A DNA stretch of 59,807 nucleotides, counting the filler, from Nemertoderma westbladi (Eukaryota; Animalia; Xenacoelomorpha), in NCBI GenBank assembly GCA_032718475.1. It is 3 parts of 3 records of this genome, joined end to end, with 100 filler letters (N's around TTAATTAATTAA, not from the genome) between each part and the next. Parts side by side here need not be neighbours in the genome. Positions count along the whole stretch, not along the records: positions 20,318 to 38,380 come from JAUCBJ010006809.1; positions 38,481 to 59,807 come from JAUCBJ010004852.1; 1 more part is not named here. One strand, 5' to 3'. The position numbers and the translations under genes are program-made. Positions 25,700 to 39,640 of the stretch are shown in pieces; position 1 is the stretch's first letter, and each line of letters begins with the position of its first letter. The notes beneath the pieces were generated by a model. That model searched no databases. It worked only from the letters and a program-made list of their open reading frames with translations, and had not been told where the DNA came from.

Positions 25700-27750
25700 G
25701 AAAAACTTCGAGACATGATAAATATTGAGTGTAAAAATAACGCTAGTAAAAAATATCAGGTGTTGAAAAATATCGATAATATTGCGAGTTCAAAAAAATA
25801 TTGAGAATAAAAATATCGAGAGTAAAAAATTTAGGGAGTAAAAATATCGTGAGTAAAACTATCGAGAGTAAAAAATTTCGAGAGTCATCCATCATCTGAA
25901 AAAATATCGGGAGTAATAATATCGAGACTAAAAATATCGAGATTAAAAATATCGAGAGTAAAAATATAGAGAGTAAAAATATCGAGAGTAAAAATATCGA
26001 GAGTTAAAATATCGAGAGTTAAAATATCGAGAGTTACAATATCGAGAATAAAAATATCGAGAATAAAAATATCGAGAGTAAAAATATCGAGAGTAAAAAA
26101 ATATCGAGAGTAAAAATATCGAGAGTAAAAATATCGAGAGTTAAAATATCGAGAATAAAAATATCGAGAGTAAAAAAATATCGAGAGTAAAAATATCGAG
26201 AGTAAAAAAATATCGAGAGTAAAAATAACGAGAGTAAAAATAACGAGTGTTGAAAAATATCGAGAGTAAAAATATTGAGAGTAAAAATATCGAGAGTAAA
26301 AATATCGAGAATAAAAATATCGAGAGTAAAAAATATCGAGAGTAAAAATATCGAGTGTTGAAAAATATCGAGAGAAAAAATATCGAGTGTTGAAAAATAT
26401 CGAGAGTAAAAATATCGAGTGTTGAAAAATATCGAGTGTTGAAAAATATCGAGAGTAAAAATATCGAGAGAAAAAATATCGAGTGTTGAAAAATATCGAG
26501 AGTAAAAATATCGAGAGTTAAAATATCGAGAGTTAAAATATCGAGAGTTAAAATATCGAGAATAAAAATATCGAGAGTAAAAATATCGAGACTAAAAATA
26601 TCGAGATTAAAAATATCGAGAAAAAAAATATCGAGAGTAAAAATATCGAGAGTAAAAATATCGAGAGTAAAAATATCGAGAGTAAAAAAATATCGAGAGT
26701 AAAAATATCGAGAGTAAAAATATCGAGAGTTAAAATATCGAGAATAAAAATATCGAGAGTAAAAAATATCGAGAGTAAAAATATCGAGTGTTGAAAAATA
26801 TCGAGAGAAAAAATATCGAGTGTTGAAAAATATCGAGAGTAAAAATATCGAGTGTTGAAAAATATCGAGAGTAAAAAAATATCGAGAGTAAAAATATCGA
26901 GAGTAAAAATATCGCGAGTAAAAAAATATCGAGAGTAAAAATATCGAGAGTAAAAATATCGAGAGTAAAAAAATATCGAGAGTAAAAATATCGAGAATAA
27001 AAATATCGAGAGTAAAAAATATCGAGAGTAAAAATATCGAGTGTTGAAAAATATCGAGAGAAAAAATATCGAGTGTTGAAAAATATCGAGAGTAAAAATA
27101 TCGAGTGTTGAAAAATATCGAGTGTTGAAAAATATCGAGTGTTGAAAAATATCGAGAGTAAAAATATCGAGAGAAAAAATATCGAGTGTTGAAAAATATC
27201 GAGAGTAAAAATATCGAGTGTTGAAAAATATCGAGTGTTGAAAAATATCGAGTGTTGAAAAATATCGAGAGTAAAAATATCGAGAGAAAAAATATCGAGT
27301 GTTGAAAAATATCGAGAGTAAAAATATCGAGAGTTAAAATATCGAGAGTTAAAATATCGAGAGTTAAAATATCGAGAATAAAAATATCGAGAGTAAAAAT
27401 ATCGAGACTATAAATATCGAGATTAAAAATATCGAGAAAAAAAATATCGAGAGTAAAAATATCGAGAGTAAAAATATCGAGAGTAAAAATATCGAGAGTA
27501 AAAAAATATCGAGAGTAAAAATATCGAGAGTAAAAATATCGAGAGTTAAAATATCGAGAATAAAAATATCGAGAGTAAAAAATATCGAGAGTAAAAATAT
27601 CGAGTGTTGAAAAATATCGAGAGAAAAAATATCGAGTGTTGAAAAATATCGAGAGTAAAAATATCGAGTGTTGAAAAATATCGAGAGTAAAAAAATATCG
27701 AGAGTAAAAATATCGAGAGTAAAAATATCGCGAGTAAAAAAATATCGAAC
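25700..27750. repeat. ~15-bp satellite (AAAAATATCGAGAGT)n with an 18-bp variant unit
   Basis: More than 100 tandem units; higher-order duplicated blocks. Confidence 0.97.
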
Positions 27751-27751
27751 A

Positions 27752-28945
27752 TTAAACACAAACATTAATGAGGGACACAAACATTAATGAGGGACACAAA
27801 CATTAATGAGGGACACAAACATTAATGAGGGACACAAACATTAATGAGGGACACAAACATTAATGAGGGACACAAACATTAATGAGGGACACAAACATTA
27901 ATGAGGGACACAAACATTAATGAGGGACGCAAACATTAATGAGGGACACAAACATTAATGAGGGACACAAACATTAATGAGGGACACAAACATTAATGAG
28001 GGACACAAACATTAATGAGGGACGCAAACATTAATGAGGGACACAAACATTAATGAGGGACGCAAACATTAATGAGGGACACAAACATAAATGAGGGACA
28101 CAAACATTAATGAGGTACACAAACATTAATGAGGGACACAAACATTAATGAGGGACACAAACATTAATGAGGGACACAAACATTAATGAGGGACACAAAT
28201 ATTAATGAAGGACACAATCATTAATGAGGGACACAAACATTAATGAGGGACACAAACATTAATGAGGGACACAAATATTAATGAAGGACACAATCATTAA
28301 TGAGGGACACAAACATTAATGTAGGACACAAACATTAATGAGGGACACAAACATTAATGAGGGACACAAACATTAATGAGATACACAAACAATAATGAGG
28401 GACACAAACATTAATGAGGGACACAAACATTAATGAGGTACACAAACATTAAACGAGGGACACTAACATTAATGAGGTACACAAACATTAATGAGGGACA
28501 GAAACATTAATGAGGGACACAAACATTAATGAGGTACACAAACATTAATGAGGGACAGAAACATTAATGAGGGACACAAACATTAATGAGGGACACAAAC
28601 ATTAAGGAGGGACACAAACAATAATGAGGGACACAAACATTAATGAGATGCACAAACATTAATGAGGGACACAAACATTAATGAGGGACACAAACATTAA
28701 GGAGGGACACAAACAATAATGAGGGACACAAACATTAATGAGATACACAAACATTAAGGAGGGACACAAACAATAATGAGGGACACAAACATTAATGAGG
28801 GACACAAACATTAATGAGGGACACAAACATTAATGAGGGATACACAGTAATCAGGGAGACAGACATTAATGAGGGAGACAAACATTAATGAGGGACACAA
28901 ACAATAAAGGAGGGATAGATATCAATCAAGGGCACAAACATTAAT
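27752..28945. repeat. 21-bp satellite (ACAAACATTAATGAGGGACAC-type unit)
   Basis: About 55 tandem units; inverted short copy at 29535-29595. Confidence 0.97.
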
Positions 28946-30349
28946 CATGGGCACTATCGCCCTTCGCACTCAGTATGATTCCTGTTACCACCCATACACA
29001 TACAATATATTACAGTAGTACAATTCTCATTACTGTCAAGCAATAAAATAACAACAATAAATAATAACATATTAATCTGACCAAACCAATAAACTCTGTT
29101 ATTACCAATTGAGGGAAAGGATCAGGTTACAGAGATGGTTTTTCTAACCAAAACAATAAACGATGTTGTTACTAAAAAGGGAAGGAATAGGAGTAAAAAA
29201 AAATGATGAACATGAGGGGGAGACAGGAATGGGGGGGTAACATGAATGGTGGTGGTAGAAGGTAAAGTGAAAATATGGGGGTATAACAGCCGGGGGGGGG
29301 GGGGGGGGGGGGTGGGGGGCGTAGCAGCAAAACAGGCAGCTGAACAACGTAACCGAACGTCGCTTTCAATTAATTTCCATCTAATTAGGAAGATGGAATG
29401 TATACAAAGCGGCGCTACTTTGATCGAAGCTCACGTTCCCATGGTAGTATTAATTCCAGTTAATCACTTAATATCTGATCGTCTGATGGCAAGCATCACC
29501 ATCGCTCATATTAATATCCATTGGCAACCATGGACCCCTATTAATGTTTTGTGTCCCACATTAATGTTTGCGTCCCTCATTAATATTTGTGTCCTGGCCG
29601 CAATACAAACCAGTATATAAATGATAAATTACGTGGTTTTGCCAGGCTATTGTTTCTGATTTAAGGGGTTTTACAGGTTGTTATTTCTAATTTAAGGGGT
29701 TTTGCCAGGTGGACTGAATTTCATACATATACTTGAATTTACGGTGTTTTGCAAGCCAATTATTGACTTGGGGGGTTCTGCCTCGAAGTGGGCATAAGTT
29801 ACGGGGAACTGACTTTGGCTTATAACTCAAAAATGGCTGGTAGAAAAGCTTCGGGGTTCTGCCAGACGAAAAAGCCGATATCGAATTACCCAAAAAGTCA
29901 AAAACATGAAAATCGAAAAAAATCGACTTAGGGGGTTCTGCCTTGAAGGTGACGATATGGAATTGATCTGTAATGGGCGAGTGACAGAATCTACAGGCAC
30001 ATGAATCAGATAAAGAGCTGACGGGGCGTTGGTCCAGGCAGGGTTTATGGTGGAACCATGACCTACTATAGATACGACCCGCCAAGCTGCTGCAAAGCCC
30101 CTAAATTTAGTGGCCCAGTTATTTCTCTTAGATAGAACCCCTGAAACAATAGGTCTAGCGCGTCGAAAGTACTTGTCCCTAACTAAAATTATATCCTCTT
30201 TCCGATGAGACAAAATAAAAAGTTAATAGCTCCAGTAGTTTTCGAGATATGAGGAGTTCCTGGCACCCATGCCATTTCGGAACCTTTCGGAATTGATAAA
30301 ATTACTCAAAATACATCACCCTTCAAAGACTTAGCGACTTAGGTATAAC

Positions 30350-31390
30350 CATTAAACCATACTTATGCTTTTTTGGTTTGTTGAATTCATTATTAGTAAT
30401 CGAAAGCAAGATTAGAAACAAAATTTTCATTTTTTTATCAATATATACTAAAAGAACACCAAAAGTGCAAGTAGCACTTTTTTCAAACGTGGTAAATTGG
30501 CCATACAGTTTGGCTACTGAGGTTTTAGAATGTGCTGATTTCATTGGGAAGGTGAATTCCTCTACATCAAACATATCGAACAGTTGTGTAATATAACAAC
30601 ATAGGCATGTTGTTATATTAGTTATTAGTCAGTTATTTGCGCCCCTGGAGCGCGAAAAAAACAAGTAGTGGAAATATGATAATGAAAAATCACCACGAAA
30701 ACAAATTGATTTTATGACCATGTGGTTTTTTTGGGATGCTGATCACGAATATAACATTTAAAAATATCGCACCTTGTTGATTACGGCTATTTTGGATACG
30801 TATCAATGTGCGGCACGAAAAATACAAGTAGCACAAATTTCATAATAAAAAATCATTACCAAATCAACCTGATTTTATAAAATTTGGGGTTTTTCGGGAT
30901 GCGGATCACTAATATGACACTCATAAATATCGTATTGTCCATCAAATCAAATTTTCAAATTTTCCCTTTGAAATTTTATACTACACAGTACTTGCATTTT
31001 TCGTCCCACCAGACAAACACGAAAAACGATAGTTGCGTTACCACGAATTATTTTTAACGAGTTGTATCGTGATTAGCGACCTTGAAAACCAGTATAGTTT
31101 CAGAATTACCAAACCAAACACAAAATGTTTAGTTTGACAATTTTTTACTTGTACTTTTCGTCATGGGGGGCAAAAATAGCACCAAAAATGATTGATGCAT
31201 TGCCAGAAAATATTTTTAACAAGTTTACAAGTTTTATCGTGTTCAGCGTCCTCGAAATCCCTTATAACATCAAAATTTTAATTTTGAGCCAAGATCTAAA
31301 AAATTTCTAAAATAACCCTCCTCCCCACGGGCCAATTAAGTACTGTAGTACTGTAATATAGCCCGGGTCAGATAGCAGACAAGGTTAAAC
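30350..31390. mobile_element. Non-coding DNA-transposon (piggyBac-like) subterminal sequence
   Basis: 30400-30550 is an inverted homologue of 36385-36545; 31100-31260 resembles 22000-22070 and 24110-24180; ends near ...AAGGTTAA. Confidence 0.4.
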
Positions 31391-32446
31391 GTACCGGTAA
31401 CTCGGGATTAACTGAAAATGAATCTCTTAATTCCGCATCAAACACATAGTTAGAGTAAAATAAAGTATCAGTTCCTCAAATTAAACGACACTATATTCCA
31501 GGATAGTTAATAATAATTCCCCTAAATAATATCAGTTCCTCATTACACATTATATTGAAGTCGTAATATTATTAATTTATCTCAGCATATCTATTATGTA
31601 TCAATTACCTTTGTATATTAAATCCAACTCAGTAAGAAGCGAACACTACTGTTAAGGTCCGAAAGGGCCGATTTCTTTGGGGGATTCAGATAGGAGTCCT
31701 TCTGGTTTAGGCAAGAAGAATAAACCTAGCATGATGATTCTTAAAGAATAACCGGCCCCACCAACAACCCCAAGTCCAGCAGTAGCTTCATCTCTACATC
31801 AGATAAAGAACTTATTTTACTCTCCTTTATGAATTTCGATGGACGATGGAAGGTATATTATTTTTACTGGCGGTCTCCGAGGAATTTGAGGCATTTATAG
31901 CACAATGAAGTCGGAACAGACTCCGGCATTCCGGGTTTACTGAATATATCGCCCGTCGAAATGTACAAATGTTAGTGGAAGGCTCTGGCACCTGGTGTCA
32001 TCTGATCTGTAAAAAATCCCTGACTAGTCGAAATAAGTGCCACTGTAGACCGAGCGCGCGAACGGAATCTATACACTACACACAGCACAGCACATTCCAA
32101 CTTTCCCGTTAACTGCTACGGCCTCCATACAGATTTAGATACTATGTCCCGATTAGATTAGGCCCCCGTAGCTGCCAGCCCGTGTAGAAGTGATAATAAC
32201 TAGTCAAATAAACACAGGTATTCAGGTAATGTAATATTGATAAGGCATTGATGCCTAACACAGTACAGTATAATGCACTGCACATACCACATACAGAATA
32301 ATACACTACATTACTATTACATTATATTAGTAAGTAGAGTAAGTATACTTAGTAGTATGCGTGCTTACTGACTGCCAGACTGCTTGACGCCACTTGGACG
32401 GAAATCGGCAGCTAATCGCCACACGCGTTTGCTTAGTTGATCTTAG

Positions 32447-35400
32447 ATGGCAGCTTGTTGTGGCTGCAACGGGAAGACTGGTCGGTGCAGGAAGTGCGTC
32501 TGCGCGAAAGCACATAGAGACTGTAGTATCAGCTGCGCCGCGAGGAAGAACGGGAATTGTGAAAACGTCGGTACGTCGTTAGTTCAGCCGTCATCTTCCC
32601 AGCCACTGCCGGACCGGGGCTGTGCTGTTCAGTTAACGCGGACGTTCTTTTCTCAGCCATTAGATACATGTTCTCCGTCGGCAGATGAAACCTGGTTGGA
32701 CAATGATGGAACGTTATTATCTCTCTCATCTTCATCTGTTGGCGTTAAGTCTGGGGCAATTCCTAGTCACGCCGGTGCTGGTCCCGAGCTGTCTGGTGCC
32801 TGTACTGGTCAGTCTGGTGTTGGCCCATGTTTGTCTGGGATGTCTACCGCGTCCTCGCCTGGACCCACGATGTCTACTGCGTCCCCGCCTGGACCCACTA
32901 CGTCTACCGCGCCCCCGCCTGGACCCACGATGTCTACCGCGTCCCCGCCAGGACCCACGACGTCTACCGCGTCGCTGCCTGGACCCACTATGTCTACCGC
33001 GTCCCCGCCTGGACCCACGATGTCTACCGTGTCCCCGCCTGGACCCACGATGTCTACACGTCCCCACCTGGACCCACGATGTCTACCACATCCCCGCCTG
33101 GACCCACGATGTCTACCGCGTTCCCGCCTGGACCCACGATGTCTACCGCGTCCCCGCCTGGACCCACGATGTCTACCGCGTCCCCGCCAGGACCCACGAT
33201 GTCTACCGCATCCCCTCCTGGACCCACGATGTCTACCGCGTCCCCGTCTGGACCTACACCGGCTTTAGTGGGTTGGTGTAATGGTAGATTCCCTGTTCAC
33301 CAGTTAGATACCCCAATAAGACACGTATACGAAACTATTGTACATTGGAGGGCTAACTTGTTCCTGGTCCCCCCAGGTGCTATAGGTAGAGAACTGGTAA
33401 GCGAAATGTCGAGAATAGTGGGTCTAGCAACTATGGATAACCCACTACGAAATGTCGCCCTATCGGCGTTGATGATACTGCCGGCGCTGCTCCTGCAGAA
33501 ACCCAGCCGGACGTCTACAACGGCCACTCACAGGAGCGTGCTGGTGTGGAGGCTGGCGAGTTGGAAGAGGGCTGAGTTCCACGAACTGCTGGTCGAGGCT
33601 AGGGTTATCCAGTCTCATCGCCCGAAACGGCCGCGTCCGGAGTCTCAGAACGTCGCGCTCCAGAAAGCTTTTGTCCGCCATATGCTGACAGGGAACATCT
33701 CGGCAGCGACGAGGTGCCTGGGTCAGTTACACCGGGGTAAACCAATGGGACTCGACGATACGTTCACTGACAAAGATGGAGAGACAAAGGTGGTACGAGA
33801 TGTGCTGCTAGATAAGCACCCACCCGCCAAACCGGCAGACGAGTCAATTCTGTTGGATGAGTTCGAGGGAGCACCCGAGCACCACCCGGTAGTGTTTGAA
33901 CAGCTGAATGGGCCGTTAATCTTGACCAGCTTGTTAAGGATGAAGGGAAACGCCGCAGGTCCCTCTGGTATGGATGTGCAGGGATGGAAACACCTTCTGA
34001 CGAAGTTCCGCACTCAGTCCAACGAGTTATGCGATCAGTTAGCGCAGTTGGGCAGGGTAATGTCGCAGTCTCTCGTACCATCCGGTTCCCTGTCAGCTCT
34101 ATTGTCTGCTCGACTCATCGCGTTGGACAAGAATCCAGGCGTCCGGCCCATCGGGATCGGAGAGGTTCTACGGCGGGTTATTGGGAAGGCGGCGATCCGG
34201 TGTATTCGCGAGGATCTCGAAGCTGTCGGCGGGTCCGTGCAGCTATGCCTTGGACAGAAGTCAGGGATCGAGTTCGCTGTCCATAGCCTTAACGACGCCT
34301 TTGACCGTGATGACTGTGATGGTGTTCTCCAAGTTGATGCCACTAACGCGTTTAACGCCCTCAACCGCCAGGGGGCGCTTCATAATATCCGCGTGGTGTG
34401 TCCCGGACTCCACACAATTGTATCAAATTGTTATAGCGAGCCGGCGCGGCTTTTCGTGGGTGGGGAAACCTTACTGTCAGAGGAGGGAACGACTCAAGGG
34501 GACCCCGTAGCGATGGCCATGTATGGGTGTGGGGGAATGCCTTTGGTGAACGAGTTGGAACAGGGGTGCACCACGGAGCAGCGGTGGTTCGCGGATGACG
34601 GGAACGCAGCGGGGAGTCTAACCGAACTCAGAAAGTTCTTCGACATCATCGCAGCGCGGGGGCCGCATTATGGGTATTACCCCACCAAGTACTGCCTCAC
34701 GGTGAAGTCGGACAGGTTACTGGAGGCGGAGGAGTTGTTCGCCGGCACCAACATTACAATTAATATCGTTGGAAGTAAACTTCTCGGTGGCGTCATTGGC
34801 ACTGAGGAGTTCCGTCGGCAGTTCCTCTTAGAGAAGGTCGCAGAGTTCGCAGCCGAGGTCGATCGGCTAGCAGATATAGCCGCGGTAGATCCCCACTGCG
34901 CCTACGCGGGACTAGCGTTCGGGCTGGCCTGCCGGTGGCGGTACATAGCGCGGGTCGTACCGGGGGCGACGGAGCAGTTCGGGAAGCTTGAGGAGTCTTT
35001 AGGGCGGTTTCTCTGTCGCCTCACCGACCGGGCAGTTATTCTGACGGAGGAGCGAGAGTTGTTGTCGCTGCCGGTTCGCGACGGGGGGCTGAATGTCCCG
35101 GTCCCTCGGGATCTCGAGTCTCAATACCAGAACTCCCGCCGAATCTGCGAACCGTTCGTAGGGGCCACCGCAGATACGATGTCGGAAGTTCGGGAAGAGC
35201 AGATCGACATCATAAAGACGCTCAAAATAGTGACAGCAGCTGCAAACAAAGAAAAGAAGGAAGAAGTGTGCAGTAAGCTGCCACAGAATCAACAGCAACT
35301 GTGTGATCTAGTGGGAGAGAAAGGAGCTTCAGCCTGGCTAAACTGTAAACCTATGACCTTACAGGATACTCACCTCGATAAGGAAGGGTTCCATGATTCC

Positions 35401-36096
35401 CTGTGCCTCCGCTACGGGTGGACGCCGCGAAATTTACCGTCTCGTTGTGCCTGTGGGGTGCGATTTACTTCGTCCCACATGCTGTCGTGCCCCACCGGAG
35501 GGTTCCCCTCCATACGGCACAACGAGATTCGCGATTTCGTCGCCGATACCCTGACGGAAGTGGCACACAATGTCGGGGTGGAACCGCTTCTGCAGCCACT
35601 ATCGGGCGAGACGTTCAGCCATCGGTCGACATCGACGGACCAGCAGGCGAGGCTGGATGTGTCGGTGAGCGGATTCTGGGGAAACCGTTTCCGGAAAACG
35701 TTCATCGACGTGTCTGTCTTCAACCCGCTGGCGGACACCAACGCCGCGATGTCCCTTCCGGCATCCCACCTACACCATGAGTCTCGCAAGAGGCTCAAAT
35801 ACGAAGAGCGGTTGAGGGAGGTGGAGCACGCCAGCTTCACTCCCCTTATATTCTCTGCGTTTGGTGGAGCTGCACCGTCAGCCACACAGTTTATCAAGCA
35901 TCTCGCGTTGAAACTGGCTGACAAACGCGAGGTCCGCTATTCAGAGTGTGTTGTGTGGGTTCGCAGGAGGTTGAGTTTCGCCCTTTTGCGGTCAGCCCTC
36001 CTGTGCCTTCGCGGCTGTCGATCAGCTAAGCGGCGTCCGGTTCGGTGCGACGTGGAGTCGATCATCCACAGCAATGCCGACTGCAACCCGGCGTAG
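32447..36096 (+). mobile_element. CRE-clade (RLE-type) non-LTR retrotransposon ORF, ~1216 aa, single 1-bp frameshift near 33057
   Basis: N-terminal Cys cluster; RT motifs VRPIGIGEVLRRVIGK, DATNAFN, GTTQGDP, FADD; C-terminal CACG...HMLSC, RHNEIRD, RLDV..GFW, FTPLIFS restriction-like endonuclease. Confidence 0.88.
32840..33260 (+). repeat. 30-bp coding minisatellite (GPTMSTASPP), ~14 units
   Basis: GGACCCACGATGTCTACCGCGTCCCCGCCT units; the unit at 33041-33069 is 29 bp. Confidence 0.95.
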
Positions 36097-36549
36097 GCGA
36101 CTGTGGATAACAACCCTCCAAGTTTGGAGGACAGTCAGACAGTATCATATACTAACTGTAGTATTAATTTAACAGTGTATATTTGTCTGGTTGTTGGTGG
36201 TGGTTGCTATGCGATCTGATGTGCATCAGCTGTTTTTACAAGCTTTAATAATAAATATACGGCTACATTACCGGACCAGTACCGACCAGAGTACTGAAAA
36301 AGAAGTAAAATTTTAGCGCTTAAAGGACTTAAAATTTTCGACTGACACATTGGCCATTTTTGAAAACACCACAATTTTATAAATATTGCCAATGAAATCA
36401 GCACATTCTAAAACCTCAGTAGCCAAACTATACGGCTAAATTACCACTTTTGGCTATTTGAAAATTTCGAGCTACTTGTAATTTTGGTGCTCTTTTAGTG
36501 TCTATTATAAAATAAACAATGAAGATTTTATTCTAATTCGATTACTAAT

Positions 36550-38015
36550 ATTTCATTTCATTTCATTTCTTTTAATCAAATAAAATTGATATAACACAGA
36601 TTATTGGGTCATAAAATATATACAGTAATTACACAAAAGCAACAATAAAATACGTAGCCCAACATAGATAAAATCAATGTGAACTTTACAAACTTTAAAT
36701 AAAACAGTGTTCAGTTTGAAATAAAGGCTGTACAAGATTCATAAAAATCATATGATGTTATAAATTCATAGGTGTAGTCGTTCGTGATAATTGTACAACG
36801 TAATTAATATTCCGAAAGAAGTGTTCTAAGTGGTAAATCACAAAATACTACAGCAGGTCCAAGGTCAATCACCCCAGCTCCAGCAACAGTCATTTTAGAG
36901 GTCTCCATGGTCTAAGTGCAAGTACGCGAGCGAAACGTAGAAAAGGTCAGCGTATGGTGCAAGCTACGTGCTTCCCACCTTTCCCTTGGATGTAATTAAG
37001 GTTACAGCCTGTAGGAGCTCCGGTGGATCCCGGTGAAATGCTCAGCAATGCCGAGATGAAATCAGTGAAATGGTATTTAGATCCCGTGCTGTGATGGTAA
37101 CTCAGACGATATTGTAGTATTGAGTAATCCTATTGTGTTTCTCGTTGAATGATATGTTCTTGAGATTGTAACATTCCTCTATGTACCTATTCGATGGTCG
37201 TGAGGGTTCCCAATTTAATTCTCGCTTTCAATTCTTTAACACCGTAGCTGTGTTGTAGAAGGGAACTTATACTTGGCATTGCGAACTCTAGATTATTGCA
37301 GCGGTTGTACAAACTACCAATACCTACTGTACGTATCGCTTCATTGTGTCCATTGTGTTGATTTGCAGCATATTGCGAAGGTTGTACTGTAGATTTGGAT
37401 TGGGACAGGATGTTAGTCGCCATAAAATTCCGATACAGGATGTAAAGGCATCGAAAGCACCCTATTAAACAGTATATCACCTGATTCGAAGCGTATGTTC
37501 CAAGATGGAGTAGGCCCCTTAGTGTTTTCCGGTAATAAATCTCAAGTTTTTCAATCTCGGTCTTTGTTAAGCGCCCTATCAGGAATTTTGCGTTGTATAG
37601 TATCATAGGGAGTGCAACAGACCTCCACAGGTGAGCGAGATTAGTGGTATTGAGCCACCAGAGAGTCCATGCGTTCCGGTGAAAAGATTCAGAGGCCATG
37701 GCGATTAGACGGATACACTCAGCGAGAGGATTGGGTCGCCATAATTCTAGCTTGTATCCAAGGAATAGCAGCATAGATTGCCCTGGTATGAGTGTGTTCT
37801 TAATAGTGATGAAGGTAGGGATGCTGACGTTACTAACGTTGGTTTTACTGGGGACACAGTAAGTCCATTTAGTCTTACTACTCTCAATATCCAGATGTAT
37901 ATTCCGCAGATTGTCGATGATGATGGATAGGATTCTTTTGAGGTCCTCTGGATTTCTTGCCAGCACTAATTTGTCGTCGGCGTACGCAATAATGTCCATC
38001 CAATGTGTATAAACA
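36550..38015 (-). mobile_element. 5'-truncated LINE (RT C-terminal part) with a (GAAAT)n tail
   Basis: ORF 37187-37999 starts IIAYADDKLVLA...KTK...FLGY; ATTAAA plus GAAAT repeats on the minus strand at 36550-36576. Confidence 0.8.
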
Positions 38016-38159
38016 GTGGCAGCGACAGTAATACCTTATATGCTCTTCCCGATCCCGACCCATGGCTGGATGCCAATGGGAATAATGACAACATTGTTAT
38101 TAGGCAGGAGGACGTTCAAGTCACCCCATGCATGGGGGTGGCAATTCGGAATTAACACA

Positions 38160-38380
38160 ATGAACTTTACAATAGGTAATTTTACGTGGATATTTTTCTT
38201 CCGGTCTCCGTACTAAATACTATTTGTAATTGTACAAATAAGAAACTCGACATGGAGCGAAATCGTTTGCTAAATATACCGGTACCCAACAGCAGCAACA
38301 AGCCTCCCGAAGAGCTGAAAGTCAAGAACGTTGATATTGATGAGATGTATAAATTCATAGGACTGACAATGCTGATGGGT
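38160..38380 (+). pseudogene. piggyBac transposase N-terminal fragment cut by the gap
   Basis: FLPVSVLNTICNCTN...VDIDEMYKFIGLTMLMG. Confidence 0.75.
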
Positions 38381-38480
38381 NNNNNNNNNNNNNNNNNNNN
38401 NNNNNNNNNNNNNNNNNNNNNNNNTTAATTAATTAANNNNNNNNNNNNNNNNNNNNNNNNNNNNNNNNNNNNNNNNNNNN
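38381..38480. other. Artificial contig linker / assembly gap
   Basis: 100 nt of N with central TTAATTAATTAA. Confidence 0.97.
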
Positions 38481-38499
38481 GTTTAAAGGGGATCAGACT

Positions 38500-38885
38500 T
38501 TTCGGGATTTCCGGGTTCGGGACCGGGATTAGCACTCTTAGGATCCCGTTTTTCGGGATTGGGATTGCAAATTTTCGGGATCGGGATTGCAATTTCTGAA
38601 ATTTGGATTAAATTCCTTAAAGTTCATAGTATATGAGGCCGGTTTTGGGTAACACTCACTTTATCTTACACTGCTGAAAGGTTTACTGACATAAAAATTC
38701 TATATAGGCATAATCAAAACATTCCTGTTCTCGTTCTGCTGGAACAATTTTTTAGATATTCAACAAATTTACTTAACTATACCGGTATATACTTTGGGAT
38801 CCCGTTCCAAAAAAGTCGGGATCGGGACTGGGATTGGATTCATCACTGGGATCCCTGTTTTTCGGGATCGGGTTCGGGATCCCGT
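38500..38885. mobile_element. hAT-like terminal/subterminal repeat remnant
   Basis: Clustered CGGGAT/ATCCCG motifs and GGGATTAGCACTCTTA end-like sequence. Confidence 0.4.
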
Positions 38886-39640
38886 TTAAACATTCGTGCA
38901 TTGATGAAGCCAGAAGTGAAGAACAATGTTCTCAAATAAAATCTGATTTAACTAAAAAATAAATAAATAAAATTATTTATATTAATTAAATAAAAAAAAT
39001 CTGATTTTTTTTTAAAAATCACGATTTTTATCAACTCTGTTGTACATGCTAACCAAAACAATAAATAAAAATTAACTGAACACAGTTTAATTATTACTTT
39101 TTGTTAAGTTTAATTAATTAAAGTTAATAAACAATATTGTACCACAGTCAATATTATTATAACAATGTCAAACAGCACTTCAACAACCTAGAACGGGGTT
39201 TAAAAACTAATATAATGAATTTAGGCTAATTAAGATTTTCTGAAATTTATAAATTCTGGTTTTTTAGAAATCACTAATTGTTATCCATCTGATATTATAT
39301 GCATTTATATGGTTATTTATTTTTTTGTATGTGATGTTATATAATTATTTATATTGTTATCGTTTAAGTTGCTGCTCTAGTATGCGCGGTGGTTTGTTAT
39401 TGTTCTATTTCGACGACATTTTTCCCCTGGTACTCAAATGATTATGGTTGTTGTCCCTCGAACATAAACTAACTGTATTATGGTGCTTCTTGTATTTACC
39501 TAATATAATTTATGGTTTATGGTAACTTGATATTCAAACTCATTATTTTTTGGATACCATTGCTTTTGGAACCGAAACTATTAAGACTAACGTGCGGAAA
39601 AATTCCTGTTCACTCATGAATTAATTGTGGGACACCTTGT

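Noticed and set aside
27364-27780. Hydrophobic ORFs in satellites (also 40612-40836, 54789-56083)
   Set aside because: Translations of tandem repeats
31600-32010. Possible decayed exon (PTSLCYKC motif, minus strand)
   Set aside because: Stops in all frames; too little signal to assign
32685-35924. Alternative-frame and antisense ORFs over the CRE element
   Set aside because: Shadows of a GC-rich coding region; no motifs
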